A DNA stretch of 64,000 bases from a virus (Duplodnaviria > Caudoviricetes): IMG/VR virus record IMGVR_UViG_3300021403_000007, positions 495 to 64,494 of that record. One strand, written 5' to 3'. Below the pieces are notes generated by a model. It saw only the letters and a list, made by a program, of their open reading frames with translations. It searched no databases and had not been told where the DNA came from. This document shows positions 30,456 to 40,691 of this stretch, piece after piece. A program made the translations under genes and the position numbers. How positions within the stretch are numbered: position 1 is the first letter of the stretch; the number at the start of each line of letters is the position of its first letter.

Positions 30456-33346
30456 AACTCTATCTCCTGCCCTAGAGCTGTTTTACTTAGATCGATCTCC
30501 CAACAGTGGATGGGTGGACTCGCATAATCCGTCCCACTGCCGATACGACTACGGGTTAGTTTAGCTTTTAAAAGTTTCTTTAGAGCGTTAGTAAATGCGC
30601 TTCGGGTAATGTTTTGTTCTTTACACCATTTTCCTAGTGCTGGATGGCTTATTTTACAGATGCGTTCTTTCTCGCTAAGTTGCACATACACTGTTTGTCG
30701 GGTAAAAATAATGTTGTCGTTGAGCACTCTAATTGAGCCTTTGTTAGGACGTCCAGCCCCGCTTGCTATGGTATTTGTTTTAATGGTATTCATTGCCATT
30801 GCGTGCAAAAACTCACCTAATTGAAGCTCAACATTACCTTTAGAAGTAAAATCTTCTGCATCAGTCATTAAATGTACTCGATTTTCTTTAATTTTTTCTC
30901 TTATGAAGTTCTCAAGACCCGGTAAATCAAATTGGGTAAACTTCAATGCGTTTGCTAGTCTTGCGCCTACAATTAGACAGGCGGCAATGGCGGACCAAAA
31001 ACGTTCAGATTGATTTGTTTGAAGATCATCATCGATTTTGTCACGCATAGTTGTTACCCACTCTAATACACGTTTATGATTTGCTCCTAACCATGCTGCA
31101 TATTTTTGTCCGATATGACCATAATTCCTTCGTAAAGCACCGGTTAAAATGGTCATGTGTCCAACGTTTAAATTGGATACGAATGACTCATCAACGTTAA
31201 ACTCAAGTAATCGGTAATGTCCTGCACCCGATCCCTTTGCAGCCTTAGCAATTTCATCTGAGAGTGGGTTATTAGCGCACCACACTAATAAACTTTCAAA
31301 TTCTAATTGCCGTGTAGGTTGTACAGTTTGGGTTAATCTCCCCTTTTCTCGTCCTCTCGTAATAAGATCAATTATTCTAACCATTTTTTCTGCTTGTTGT
31401 TGCCCTCTAATTTCGTCCCAACACAAAGGTAAATTTTTGAGAGATGCCATTGTATGCATGATATGATTTGCTGTATCATCAAGACCTTGCATCTTGCCAG
31501 TGCTGCCCCAAATCGCTTGACACAAACTCAACGCTGAGGACTTACCAAGTCCACTCTTAGAACTCCATGCTCCAACACATACACCAAATAACCCTGTTAA
31601 CGTGATCAATGGAGCCGCGAACCCACAAGCAATGATAATGTTAATATCGTGGCGGTTTTGGGCAATAGTTAATTCACTCAGTTCACGCCAATATTTTTCT
31701 TCACCAGTAATACTATACCCTCGGGACATTTCTAAATCTAATAATTGTGCCTGAACAGTTTTACCCGGAGAGTAACATTTGCCATCATAAGAGAACCCCA
31801 TCTTACCATCAGGCATTTTCTGCCATCCAATTGGCTTAACAGTCACAAGAGTGTCATCCTTGTTACGGAGTTTGGTTTGGAGGGCCACGAAGAACTTCCT
31901 TGTCAGTTCGTTTGGCATCGTCGGTAAACCGTTCTTTGCCAACGCAGTTACCAATCCCTCTTTATTAGACGCTACCGACATAGGTAGTCTAACTGTTTTT
32001 CGATGACCATTACCCTGGAGAGTAACAAACGTGAAACTGTATTCCTCGTCATGTCCCTCTGCATATGCGGTGTTATAAATAAGCGCATACGTGAATACTT
32101 GAACCGGATGATTTTCGCCAGATTTATCAACCATCTCAGTCCATATTGTATTATCTTTGCTGTCTCGATAATACCCAGAAGGTAAATCAGAGTTTGGGTC
32201 CATTGAGGGAGCGTGTGGAATTTTAGCTTGATACAGAGGAACGTTAATTGGGGTTATGTTCCAATCAAAATAAATACATGTCTCACACTCTTTAACGCCC
32301 AATTGCTTTAAAGTGGCACACTTAGACGGTCCCAATTTTGGGTTGTTCGCTCGGTCCACTTCTACTTGGTCGTATTTAAGGTCTACCTCTTCAACGGTGT
32401 ACGCTTGATGGTCCTTAGATAATTTATGCGCCCACTCTCGACCATCTTTGCAATAACTTGCAAGGCTAACAGTTTGTTTCCAAATCGCTTCCCCATGTTC
32501 TCTGCCGCCACTCATTGCAGTATTATGTAAGAACGCACAAAAAACCCCAACCTCCTTCATGTCTGCTAATTCGTATTGTTTCTTGGGTCGCATCAAGTCG
32601 TCATTATCATCGGCAGCGAGAGGGACGACAGACGGTCGGATGGGGACAATGTTATTGACTTTGAGCCTACTACGAAGTTCAGCGATTGGGATATAACTCC
32701 CGTAGTAAAGTAGGTTGACTGGCTGTGCTGGTTCGTGTTTAAAATTCCATGTCCCAGGTATTCTGAGTAGACGGCATAAATCTTTAGTACACTCTTGGTC
32801 AAAGAGTAATCCAAATTCTTGGGCCATGTTTATAATACTGGTCGAGAAAACTTCATGTTCAGTAGGACTAAACAACTCGTCTGCCGTCCAGTAAACATGT
32901 AAACCGCCGGTTCCGCTTTCAACTATCATGCTTGGTTTGATCAGGTTATATTTTTTACAGAAGTCCCTTAATGCAACAAGGGCTTCCTTCTGGGTATCGT
33001 ACGCCCCAGGCTTAACGTCGATATCCAAGTAAACCGAACTGCACGAACCTATATTATAACGCTTGCGAAGGGCAGGAGGGTGCTTGCGCGGCTTATCACT
33101 CTTGCCAACTTCCTTCTGACCACCCATTGCCAAATAAATATCATGCCCTTGACCGCCCCACCATGTAGCAACCCTAGCGGCAAGATGAACGTTCTTGAAC
33201 GCACTACCGGGAATAGTTATTGTGTCACCAAATTGCATCTTACGATGAACACTAAAAAATAATCCTTGTGCGGCGTACTTCCCTGCGAGCATATTAATAT
33301 ATGCTTCTGCATTCATTGCGGCTGTTGTCATTGACGTTCCCCACAA
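30452..33346 (-). CDS. DNA primase-helicase (RepB-like primase N-terminus, DUF927-like helicase C-terminus)
   Basis: LDID, SGTGGLHVYW and RLLRIPGTWN primase motifs; Walker A SKSGLGKS; Walker B LCWDE. Confidence 0.85.
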   Translation of the reverse strand: MWGTSMTTAAMNAEAYINMLAGKYAAQGLFFSVHRKMQFGDTITIPGSAFKNVHLAARVATWWGGQGHDIYLAMGGQKEVGKSDKPRKHPPALRKRYNIGSCSSVYLDIDVKPGAYDTQKEALVALRDFCKKYNLIKPSMIVESGTGGLHVYWTADELFSPTEHEVFSTSIINMAQEFGLLFDQECTKDLCRLLRIPGTWNFKHEPAQPVNLLYYGSYIPIAELRSRLKVNNIVPIRPSVVPLAADDNDDLMRPKKQYELADMKEVGVFCAFLHNTAMSGGREHGEAIWKQTVSLASYCKDGREWAHKLSKDHQAYTVEEVDLKYDQVEVDRANNPKLGPSKCATLKQLGVKECETCIYFDWNITPINVPLYQAKIPHAPSMDPNSDLPSGYYRDSKDNTIWTEMVDKSGENHPVQVFTYALIYNTAYAEGHDEEYSFTFVTLQGNGHRKTVRLPMSVASNKEGLVTALAKNGLPTMPNELTRKFFVALQTKLRNKDDTLVTVKPIGWQKMPDGKMGFSYDGKCYSPGKTVQAQLLDLEMSRGYSITGEEKYWRELSELTIAQNRHDINIIIACGFAAPLITLTGLFGVCVGAWSSKSGLGKSSALSLCQAIWGSTGKMQGLDDTANHIMHTMASLKNLPLCWDEIRGQQQAEKMVRIIDLITRGREKGRLTQTVQPTRQLEFESLLVWCANNPLSDEIAKAAKGSGAGHYRLLEFNVDESFVSNLNVGHMTILTGALRRNYGHIGQKYAAWLGANHKRVLEWVTTMRDKIDDDLQTNQSERFWSAIAACLIVGARLANALKFTQFDLPGLENFIREKIKENRVHLMTDAEDFTSKGNVELQLGEFLHAMAMNTIKTNTIASGAGRPNKGSIRVLNDNIIFTRQTVYVQLSEKERICKISHPALGKWCKEQNITRSAFTNALKKLLKAKLTRSRIGSGTDYASPPIHCWEIDLSKTALGQEIEF

Positions 33347-33354
33347 GAAAGAGG

Positions 33355-33376
33355 CTCCGGGGTTTTACCCCCGGAG
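33355..33376 (-). terminator. Intergenic hairpin overlapping a palindromic site
   Basis: CTCCGGGG-ttttac-CCCCGGAG. Confidence 0.45.
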
Positions 33377-33384
33377 TAACTTTT

Positions 33385-34482
33385 TCAACGCTTGATTAGA
33401 TCACCAAACATGGTGTCCATCTCGTCGGGGACGTTGCTCATTTCGGTTACTTCGTCAGTTTCTTCTTCGACTGGTGGCTCAGTAACAACTTGACGCTGTG
33501 TTACCGGTGCAGTCGCTGGCTTTGATACCGCACCTGTAATTGTGTTCGCCGCTTGCACTGGCTTCGCTGCCGGAGCAGTTGGTCTTAAAGGTTGTGCTTG
33601 TCTTGGTTCAGCCCGTGTTGCGATTTGTTCAGCGGCCGAACGGTTATGTTGTTGTGGCGCTACAGGCTTAGGACCGACTGGCTTAGGCGCTGTCGCTGCT
33701 GCCTTGGGCGGTTGTGCTTGTGCAGCGTTCTGTTCAGGGGTTGCTTCCTCTTCTTCGTATTCAGCCGTCACTTCGTTGACGATACGCCCTGACTTCTCGT
33801 CTTCACGTAGCTCCTTGATGACCAATGCTTCATCATCAGTAAGTGGGCGTCCTGGCTCGAACACCAGCTTTGTAACTTTGCGCTGGGGTTCAATCGTGAT
33901 TGTAATAGTCGTGGTGTACGCGTAGTAGTTGATACCGAATTTTTTAAGTTCGTTAGCATACTTATCAAGCGCACCCAGACTTCCGGCAGGGACACGAAAG
34001 ATCATTGCGCCGCCGTATGCTTCATTCCAAAGATCACTCACAGGAGTAACCGCCAGTCGCTTGTTATCACCACACGGTTTACTCTTGAGCCCATTCTGGC
34101 TTGTAACGAACACGTTGTTAGGACAAGTCGCACAAGTGTTGTTTTGCACTTGGTCTTCTGGCACGCTTACATCAGGAGTAATTGAGTTTGAACTCCAGCA
34201 AGTCGGCGGTCTGCTGTCACCTCCATAACCACCCGGCCAATACGCTTTGCTCTGTGTCTTGGCAGACTTGATAATTACCACTTCGATCTGCCGCTGTTGC
34301 TCTGGGGGTAAACTTTCGTAACTGCCCCGGTAGTTAATACCAAACACGTTTTGCAGGATACTCAATTGACCCAACGCACTACGAATGCCTTCTCCCAAGT
34401 CTTCAAGCGGTTCGTTAGCGAACACGTTAGACACAGGCATTAATCCGCGCTGCGGCTGTTGATTGATTAAGTTGGTAGCCAT
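33385..34482 (-). CDS. Putative ssDNA-binding/recombination protein (Cys-containing, acidic tail)
   Basis: C..CxxC..C motif, acidic C-terminus, position in the replication module. Confidence 0.55.
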   Translation of the reverse strand: MATNLINQQPQRGLMPVSNVFANEPLEDLGEGIRSALGQLSILQNVFGINYRGSYESLPPEQQRQIEVVIIKSAKTQSKAYWPGGYGGDSRPPTCWSSNSITPDVSVPEDQVQNNTCATCPNNVFVTSQNGLKSKPCGDNKRLAVTPVSDLWNEAYGGAMIFRVPAGSLGALDKYANELKKFGINYYAYTTTITITIEPQRKVTKLVFEPGRPLTDDEALVIKELREDEKSGRIVNEVTAEYEEEEATPEQNAAQAQPPKAAATAPKPVGPKPVAPQQHNRSAAEQIATRAEPRQAQPLRPTAPAAKPVQAANTITGAVSKPATAPVTQRQVVTEPPVEEETDEVTEMSNVPDEMDTMFGDLIKR

Positions 34483-34521
34483 GTTACTTTCTTTCCTCTC
34501 ATAGTGGCGTTTAGTAAACGC

Positions 34522-35016
34522 TTAAAGCGTTTCTACGTCGTTGTCTTCTGCTGCTTCAGTGGGGGCCGCATCTCCCTTGGCAACAGTTGTTTTCGGCTTC
34601 GTGGGTGGTTTTACTCCGATATCTTGCAGCTCATTCTTGCCGACACCAGGAGGCAAGTCACCACCTATTAACATGCCTCTGTCCATGGTTCCCCCATGCG
34701 ATAGACGAAACGCATCCATCGCAGTTTTGTTAGCACGCCAGTCAACTAAGTCCCAAGCTTCCACGCCAATAATATGGCTACGAAACTGAGCCGGGTCTTC
34801 CAACGGATACGTAATCTTTTGGATTAGATAGGGCGTACCGTTAATGGTACGCGCATTCAATTGATTAGTTTGCAGGAGGAAAGTAAACAACTCCCCCTTC
34901 AATCGTTTCTCAAAGTCTTCAAAGTCTTTCAGTTCTGCTTTGTGACGATCCTTTATCTCTTTCATCTTGGCGCGGATCATACGGAGTTTATAAACTCTAT
35001 CAGCAACGTCGATCAT
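34522..35016 (-). CDS. Hypothetical replication-module protein
   Basis: RBS GGAGAGCAAAATG at 35016 (track start 35028). Confidence 0.7.
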   Translation of the reverse strand: MIDVADRVYKLRMIRAKMKEIKDRHKAELKDFEDFEKRLKGELFTFLLQTNQLNARTINGTPYLIQKITYPLEDPAQFRSHIIGVEAWDLVDWRANKTAMDAFRLSHGGTMDRGMLIGGDLPPGVGKNELQDIGVKPPTKPKTTVAKGDAAPTEAAEDNDVETL

Positions 35017-35048
35017 TTTGCTCTCCACTTGTTACTCTTGGGGTAAAC

Positions 35049-35204
35049 TCAGAGTGATCCCTGAGCCTTGTTTAGTTTCGCGATGGCTTGTTCTATTAGT
35101 TCTTCTGTCTCCTTTTTTGGTTCATACTCGTTTACAAGTTCTTGAAGCCCATCAACCATTTCATCGAGCTTCGCAAGGAACTCGGTTTCTTGGTCTTTAG
35201 TCAT
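35049..35204 (-). CDS. Small acidic helical protein, 51 aa
   Basis: Manual translation MTKDQETEFLAKLDEMVDGLQELV...; GGAG RBS; fills the gap. Confidence 0.6.
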   Translation of the reverse strand: MTKDQETEFLAKLDEMVDGLQELVNEYEPKKETEELIEQAIAKLNKAQGSL

Positions 35205-36630
35205 TCTCATACTCCGTTTCGATTAACTCTAGGAACCTATTCTGTATCCGTTCGTTGTTGCCTAACAGTTGGTACAGTCGCTTCTCCCGCGTGCTGCCGC
35301 CCACCATGGCAACCAAGGTTTTAAATTTCTGTCCGAGTCTTTTGATCCTCCCGTTCGCTTGGTAGAAGATATCTAGCGACGTTATAGGTCCAGCCCAAAT
35401 GTTCATCGTCGCTCTTGTAAGTGTTAACCCATGGGCTAGACAAGCCGGATGGCAAAGTAAAACTTTGTAAAGACCTTTGCGTTGGAAGTCATCGAATATT
35501 TTCACACGCTGATTTGCTAACGTGTCACCTGACACTATACAGTGAGTGATTTTGTTTTTGGTTAACGTCTTGTGTAACCCATTGATCACACTCTTAAAAG
35601 GTGCAAACAATATTACACTTTCGTTACAACTGTCTATCAAGTCTATTATCAATTGTAATCTAGGTGTATTGTCTAGCTCTATTACATCACCGTCACGATG
35701 GTACACATACCCCAGTGCTATCTGCAAGAGTTTACTCATTACAGCGCCAGCATTCAATGCGTCTACTTTTTTGTTCTTGATCAAAGCAACAGCTTTCTGA
35801 CTCATTTCTTTATAGATTTGCTCTTGCTTAAGTGTCATTGGAGCGTAGTAATATTGGTAGACTTGTTCAGGAAGCTCAGTTACATCTGACATCTTAAAAC
35901 GAACCGATGGCTGCAAGCACTTGATCGCCATCTCTTCTGCACCCAGTCGTGGCTCCCAATAGAACTGGGTTTTTTTGATCATCAGTTGAGCACGGAACCA
36001 ACTAAAAAACTGTGGAACTGTTCTGGGAGTAATACATGAAGCTGGCCCCCATACATCAGTCACGGCGCGGGGGATGGGTGATCCTGTCATACCCCATACA
36101 TAACCGTGACCTATAACCAGTTCTTTGAACGGCAGGGTGAGGGTTTTTGATTTGCCATTACGGTAAATGGCTACCTCGTCGGCACATATTATACTAAACC
36201 CTTTCGCCCGTAACTCTGGGAGTAACATATTCACCCCATGATGATTGATAATATACACGTCCACGTCACGTCGCAATTGACGCAGACGTTCCTCTTTCGT
36301 GCCGTGAAGAATAGCGAACTTAAGCCACCATAATTCTTGTCGTATCTCGTTTGCCCACACAGTTATCAACGTAGACAGTGGCGCTATGACGAGTAATTTT
36401 TGTGCTAGCCCCATTATCCGCATGAAGTCAAACGACCATAATATACATCGGGTCTTACCTGTGCCAATATCATTAAGCACGTACGCACGACGTCTTGTAG
36501 TTAACAAAGCACAGGTTAGTTTCTGTACCCTGAACGCTGGCTTGCTAGGATCGCTTACGGGGAAGTGGTAGTCACTGAGTATGTCGTGGCTTGGAGTAAG
36601 GATGACTGGTTGCGCATTGCTATAAGCCAC
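35197..36630 (-). CDS. SF2 (SNF2-like) helicase
   Basis: IGTGKT, CADE, MTGSP, HGLTLT, QANGRIKRLGQ. Confidence 0.9.
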   Translation of the reverse strand: MAYSNAQPVILTPSHDILSDYHFPVSDPSKPAFRVQKLTCALLTTRRRAYVLNDIGTGKTRCILWSFDFMRIMGLAQKLLVIAPLSTLITVWANEIRQELWWLKFAILHGTKEERLRQLRRDVDVYIINHHGVNMLLPELRAKGFSIICADEVAIYRNGKSKTLTLPFKELVIGHGYVWGMTGSPIPRAVTDVWGPASCITPRTVPQFFSWFRAQLMIKKTQFYWEPRLGAEEMAIKCLQPSVRFKMSDVTELPEQVYQYYYAPMTLKQEQIYKEMSQKAVALIKNKKVDALNAGAVMSKLLQIALGYVYHRDGDVIELDNTPRLQLIIDLIDSCNESVILFAPFKSVINGLHKTLTKNKITHCIVSGDTLANQRVKIFDDFQRKGLYKVLLCHPACLAHGLTLTRATMNIWAGPITSLDIFYQANGRIKRLGQKFKTLVAMVGGSTREKRLYQLLGNNERIQNRFLELIETEYEND

Positions 36631-36914
36631 TGTCGTAGTCTCCTTAGTTCCGTTTCATTACGTACACGAAATACGTTTGCTTTGTGTTTGGTTGAAAGAG
36701 TATTGGCTAGAAGTTTCTGGCGCTCGGTTAGGTCTTTGTCCCAGTCCTTCGTCTCTATGAAGAACGCTATCGCGCAATCGTTCCACGCAACCACGCAATG
36801 AAAGTCTAACCCAGCACGCCCATACCCCATCTGCACTGGTTGGAAGTAATAGCAATCAAACTCCCGGAGTAACTCCCGAACTTTGATTTTTACCTTGCCT
36901 TCAGGGGTTGTCAT
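36555..36914 (-). CDS. VRR-NUC family nuclease
   Basis: TPEGKVK..G.AGLDF..FIETK..LTERQ. Confidence 0.8.
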   Translation of the reverse strand: MTTPEGKVKIKVRELLREFDCYYFQPVQMGYGRAGLDFHCVVAWNDCAIAFFIETKDWDKDLTERQKLLANTLSTKHKANVFRVRNETELRRLRQWLIAMRNQSSLLQATTYSVTTTSP

Positions 36915-37335
36915 GTTTTACTTCCTTTTTTATACACCACAAGCCATTACCTGCTGGCTCTACTATACCTTTTTCTCGTAATTTGTCCAATCGTGAACCA
37001 AGTGAACTTTCAGAGAAACCACCTTGTACAATTAGTCGTCTTAACTCTACTAGACGATGTGATCTTTCTTTAAGCGCTTCAACAATAATACGGTTCATCC
37101 CAAGGTCCAATCGCATCGGCCTAGTTGGGGGGCGTCTTGCATATCTCTTGTGTGGTCTATCGATCTTTGGCTTGGGTAAGTCAAATCGTTTGTCAAAACG
37201 GATTGCTGGATCATGACGAGGCGTAGGCGTTTCCTCAATCTCTCCTGCCGAAATAATTTCGAACGGAAGATAACGCATGGTCATCTTCATGAATTCTTCC
37301 GGCGTTATTCTGATTTTTATCTCGTACTTAACCAT
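36901..37335 (-). CDS. Putative winged-helix DNA-binding protein
   Basis: C-terminal SESSLGSRLDKLREKGIVEPAGNGLW. Confidence 0.6.
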   Translation of the reverse strand: MVKYEIKIRITPEEFMKMTMRYLPFEIISAGEIEETPTPRHDPAIRFDKRFDLPKPKIDRPHKRYARRPPTRPMRLDLGMNRIIVEALKERSHRLVELRRLIVQGGFSESSLGSRLDKLREKGIVEPAGNGLWCIKKEVKHDNP

Positions 37336-37362
37336 GGGTTTGCTCTCCTGTTACTCTCAGAA

Positions 37363-37692
37363 TTACTTGCGCTTTTGATACCTCTTCATTTGTATTACGT
37401 GGCGCGCCGATGGCTGTTTGAGCGGCAGGGGCATGGGTGGTATAAACTTAACTGCTACACCATTGGGCACAAACCCTAGTTTGTAACCTAGCGCTCTCGC
37501 TACCGCGTTAAGCGTGGCCGCTTGTGGCTTTCTCGTCTCGCCGTCAAACCATTTGCGTAACGTTACGGCAGTGACACCGCTTTCGTTTTCAATCCACTTG
37601 TATGAAGCACCGCTATCCCCGACCATGGTTCGCACTTCATCGATGATCGGGTCTTTGTCAACAAAGTTGTAACTTTTGTATGTGAACCCCAT
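37363..37692 (-). CDS. XRE/Cro-like HTH transcriptional regulator
   Basis: IENESGVTAVTLRKWFDGETRKPQAATLNAVARALG. Confidence 0.8.
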   Translation of the reverse strand: MGFTYKSYNFVDKDPIIDEVRTMVGDSGASYKWIENESGVTAVTLRKWFDGETRKPQAATLNAVARALGYKLGFVPNGVAVKFIPPMPLPLKQPSARHVIQMKRYQKRK

Positions 37693-37714
37693 TTTGCTCT
37701 CCTGTTAAGGGGGT

Positions 37715-38419
37715 TTAAGTTCTTCCGTTGTGCTCGCACTCTAGCACGGGACAATGGGCTTTACATAGCCCGTTCTTCTTGGCGGGGAAGTTTACCTGTG
37801 CTGTAGCTTCCTCCATCCTTGTTAACTCTGGGAGTAACTCAGCCCAAAGTTCTGCCATATCACTACGACTAAACAACTCATGGGACTTGTCTTTAATTAT
37901 TGTCCACCAGTATTCAGCCCGCACCCCTATAACTTGTGGGAACATACTAAATATTGCTTGCGCATATAACGCTAACTGAATGATCTCGTCTTTGGGTTTA
38001 CCGGTTTTATAGTCCACGATCTGTGCGGCGGCAGTGGAGGGAGTGAGAGGGTATAACTTAATAAGATCTACCTTCACCCGCACCCATACTTTTGGGTTAA
38101 AGTAATCAACTGGTCTTAGTTCACGGCTGAGAGCGATTTCTTTTTCACAGATGTTTGTTTGCCCCGGCACCTTCATACTTGCCGCTTCATCACCCCAGTC
38201 GTTGAAATTTACGTAGGCTGTGGGCATAGGTAAGCCCTGCTCTACCCTTCGCTTGAACGCCTCATGCAAGGCGTTACCATCGCTTAACTCGATTGACTGT
38301 GGTTGTTCAAACTTTTTAAGTATGGTTGTTTGGTAGTATTTCTTTGGACATATACGCCAATCACGCAGCTTGGTGTAGCTCCATGAAAACCCTTTTTGTT
38401 GTGGGCTGAACCTATTCAT
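37715..38419 (-). CDS. PD-(D/E)xK Cas4-like exonuclease
   Basis: WSYTKL..CP, GNALH, VD..IVDYKTG, QLALY, C..C...C. Confidence 0.85.
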   Translation of the reverse strand: MNRFSPQQKGFSWSYTKLRDWRICPKKYYQTTILKKFEQPQSIELSDGNALHEAFKRRVEQGLPMPTAYVNFNDWGDEAASMKVPGQTNICEKEIALSRELRPVDYFNPKVWVRVKVDLIKLYPLTPSTAAAQIVDYKTGKPKDEIIQLALYAQAIFSMFPQVIGVRAEYWWTIIKDKSHELFSRSDMAELWAELLPELTRMEEATAQVNFPAKKNGLCKAHCPVLECEHNGRT

Positions 38420-38724
38420 TGTACTACCTCGTCTCTTATGATCTCTTTGATGTAGTCAGGGATAGAGTAAACGCCCCTGCCTTGAGAGATGATACACTTG
38501 TCGCCAAATATCTTTATAAGTTGACGACGCAACACAAAGAGATGCTGACGATAGGCTGACGTGTGAAACTCCAACCAGTTTGCATTGTACTCCCGGAGTA
38601 AGACACTCAAGATGAACGCGCTACGCGGTGGGATTTTCAGCTTCAACGCTAGGACTGTTTGGTCTATATCTACAGACACAAACTTGAAAGAACTAAACGT
38701 GTGCGCTCTTTCGGTGAGGTTCAT
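38416..38724 (-). CDS. OmpR/PhoB C-terminal-like winged-helix protein
   Basis: HLFVLRRQL..IISQGRGVY; AGGAG RBS before ATG 38724 (the track start at 38778 lies in the promoter). Confidence 0.6.
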   Translation of the reverse strand: MNLTERAHTFSSFKFVSVDIDQTVLALKLKIPPRSAFILSVLLREYNANWLEFHTSAYRQHLFVLRRQLIKIFGDKCIISQGRGVYSIPDYIKEIIRDEVVQ

Positions 38725-38745
38725 GACTTTTACTCCTGAGTATAC

Positions 38746-38790
38746 AGTATATACTACAACCTGACTCGTGTCAAGCAACTCAGAGTTGTA
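38746..38790 (-). promoter_or_regulatory. Sigma70 promoter with TACAAC-N24-GTTGTA inverted repeat
   Basis: Minus strand TTGACA-cgagtcaggttgtagta-TATACT. Confidence 0.8.
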
Positions 38791-40681
38791 TTTCCTTCAC
38801 ATTACCATAGTTTTGTCCGACCTTCACTTCAGCGTCAAGTGGCAAACCACGTCCCCACCAAGCCGGTGTACGCATTTCTTGGTGAGCGATTTCTGCTACC
38901 GTAGTAACTAGACCATCTGGCACAACGTATATTAGCTCGTCGTGGACTTGGTGCGCAAGTCGTATGTCGTTGATCATTATCGCTTTTAATCTGTCGTCGA
39001 TCCGCTTGGCTGCGTCCATCACATGACAACGATCTAACGCCTGTACGTGGTTCTCAAGAAACTTCCCACCGTATATCTCACGTATCTCCCGAGCATATGT
39101 GAACACCTTCCTGCCGCCAAAGTCACGAATGTTATCGTAGTAAAGTCTTAGCCCATTCGGCAACACCACGTCTGTGCCTTCAATGCGTGACGGTCCTAAG
39201 CGGCAGACGAAGGGCCCGCCAACACCACCATGGGTTATGGGCATCATCTCTGTCAGTACTCGCTCTAACACGTACCAGTATTTAACGATACTGCGGAACT
39301 TATTACGATAGAACTGCACCCACAATTGACAGTCAGCAAATGAAACGTCTATCGGTATACCGTTATCTGCTGCTTGGTTCACCAATTGTGTGAGAAACTT
39401 GTTCGGTCCCATCTGGAAGCCTAGACCCAATACAGTGTTCTTGGCAATAAACCGTTCAAGCTTGTCCGCTTTCGTGATGGTACGCCTGAACATGTCACTG
39501 CCAAACCAACAATAAACATCGCTACCTTTGGCAAACTCTGAGAGTAATTGTCTTTCGTCAGCTAACCATGCAACTAATCTAGCTTCTATTTGGGACGCAT
39601 CTACAGCTACAATCTTATACCCTGGTGGGGCTATCAAGCTCTCACGAAGTTTCTTTGACTTGCGAGAAGGTAGATTTTGCTGGTTGATCTTCCACTCACC
39701 GCTGAACCTGTGCGTATGTGCCCCACCATACCTGAGAGCAATGGGCATCCATGGTTCGTCAAACCCATTCACTGCCGCTTCGGCCATGCCAATAAACCGT
39801 TGAGTACGTCGTTCTTCCAACGTAGACCGTATCCCTATACGCGCTTCTGCGAGTGCTTGCACATCTGGGTTCTCATGCTCCTGTAACGCACGAAACCCTT
39901 CATCAGTCTTAGCAAATGCGAAGATGCGTTTAGATGGATCGGTTAGAGAGTTCTTCATGGGCGGGTCTACGCCTAGCCCCCATAGGGCTACCGCAAACAT
40001 CTTGCTTGAAAGTAAATCAGCACGGGTCAAACCAACTCTTTCGAGTAAACTGTTTTTCTCTTGCAAGATAATGTTCAAGTGTTCATGCAAATGTGTTAAG
40101 TCTGCCTGAAAGTTTGGGGCAGTACACATTCTAAGTATCGCGTCCATCACCCATAGCTCACCCTTGGGGAACTTTTTGCCGAGACGCCTAATAATACTTC
40201 GACAATTCTCTGTATCGGTAATACAGTATTGTTTGAATTCTTCCCAGAGTTCTGGTTGTGCTTCTAGGTCTTTACGTCGCATCCCAATAACTTTATGAAC
40301 AGTCGCGCCTTTTGGCGGCAGACCAAGGACTTGCGATACGTTTTCAAGGTTTACACGACCGTTTTTGATTTTGTGTAACAAAACTGCTCGGGCTATACCC
40401 ATTGCGTCTATTAGCATGTCAGGGTGTATGCCATACCTAAACGCCAATATACTTGCATCAAACAAAGCGTTATACGAAACAAACGCCCATGGTCGTGGAT
40501 ACTCTCGGAGTAAGTCTGCCACTTCGTCACCCGGCAGGAATGTGGCCGGTCCTTCGTTTGTGGCAATACCACAGCCAATTGTCTCCCAACGCGGGTCGAG
40601 AATATACTCATATGGCGTCATGAGTTTAAGCGTATAGTATTTGTCATAATACGACTCAAAGTCGCCATAGATCATTTTCAT
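38780..40681 (-). CDS. DNA polymerase, family A
   Basis: Exo DFES and YNALFD; motif A DASQIEAR; motif B RFIAKNTVLGLGF; motif C VHDE. Confidence 0.92.
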   Translation of the reverse strand: MKMIYGDFESYYDKYYTLKLMTPYEYILDPRWETIGCGIATNEGPATFLPGDEVADLLREYPRPWAFVSYNALFDASILAFRYGIHPDMLIDAMGIARAVLLHKIKNGRVNLENVSQVLGLPPKGATVHKVIGMRRKDLEAQPELWEEFKQYCITDTENCRSIIRRLGKKFPKGELWVMDAILRMCTAPNFQADLTHLHEHLNIILQEKNSLLERVGLTRADLLSSKMFAVALWGLGVDPPMKNSLTDPSKRIFAFAKTDEGFRALQEHENPDVQALAEARIGIRSTLEERRTQRFIGMAEAAVNGFDEPWMPIALRYGGAHTHRFSGEWKINQQNLPSRKSKKLRESLIAPPGYKIVAVDASQIEARLVAWLADERQLLSEFAKGSDVYCWFGSDMFRRTITKADKLERFIAKNTVLGLGFQMGPNKFLTQLVNQAADNGIPIDVSFADCQLWVQFYRNKFRSIVKYWYVLERVLTEMMPITHGGVGGPFVCRLGPSRIEGTDVVLPNGLRLYYDNIRDFGGRKVFTYAREIREIYGGKFLENHVQALDRCHVMDAAKRIDDRLKAIMINDIRLAHQVHDELIYVVPDGLVTTVAEIAHQEMRTPAWWGRGLPLDAEVKVGQNYGNVKEIQL

Positions 40682-40691
40682 TGTGTTACTC

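Noticed and set aside
37715-38419. Cas4 as part of a CRISPR-Cas system
   Set aside because: Stand-alone Cas4-like exonucleases are normal in this type of replication module; no other cas genes or arrays.
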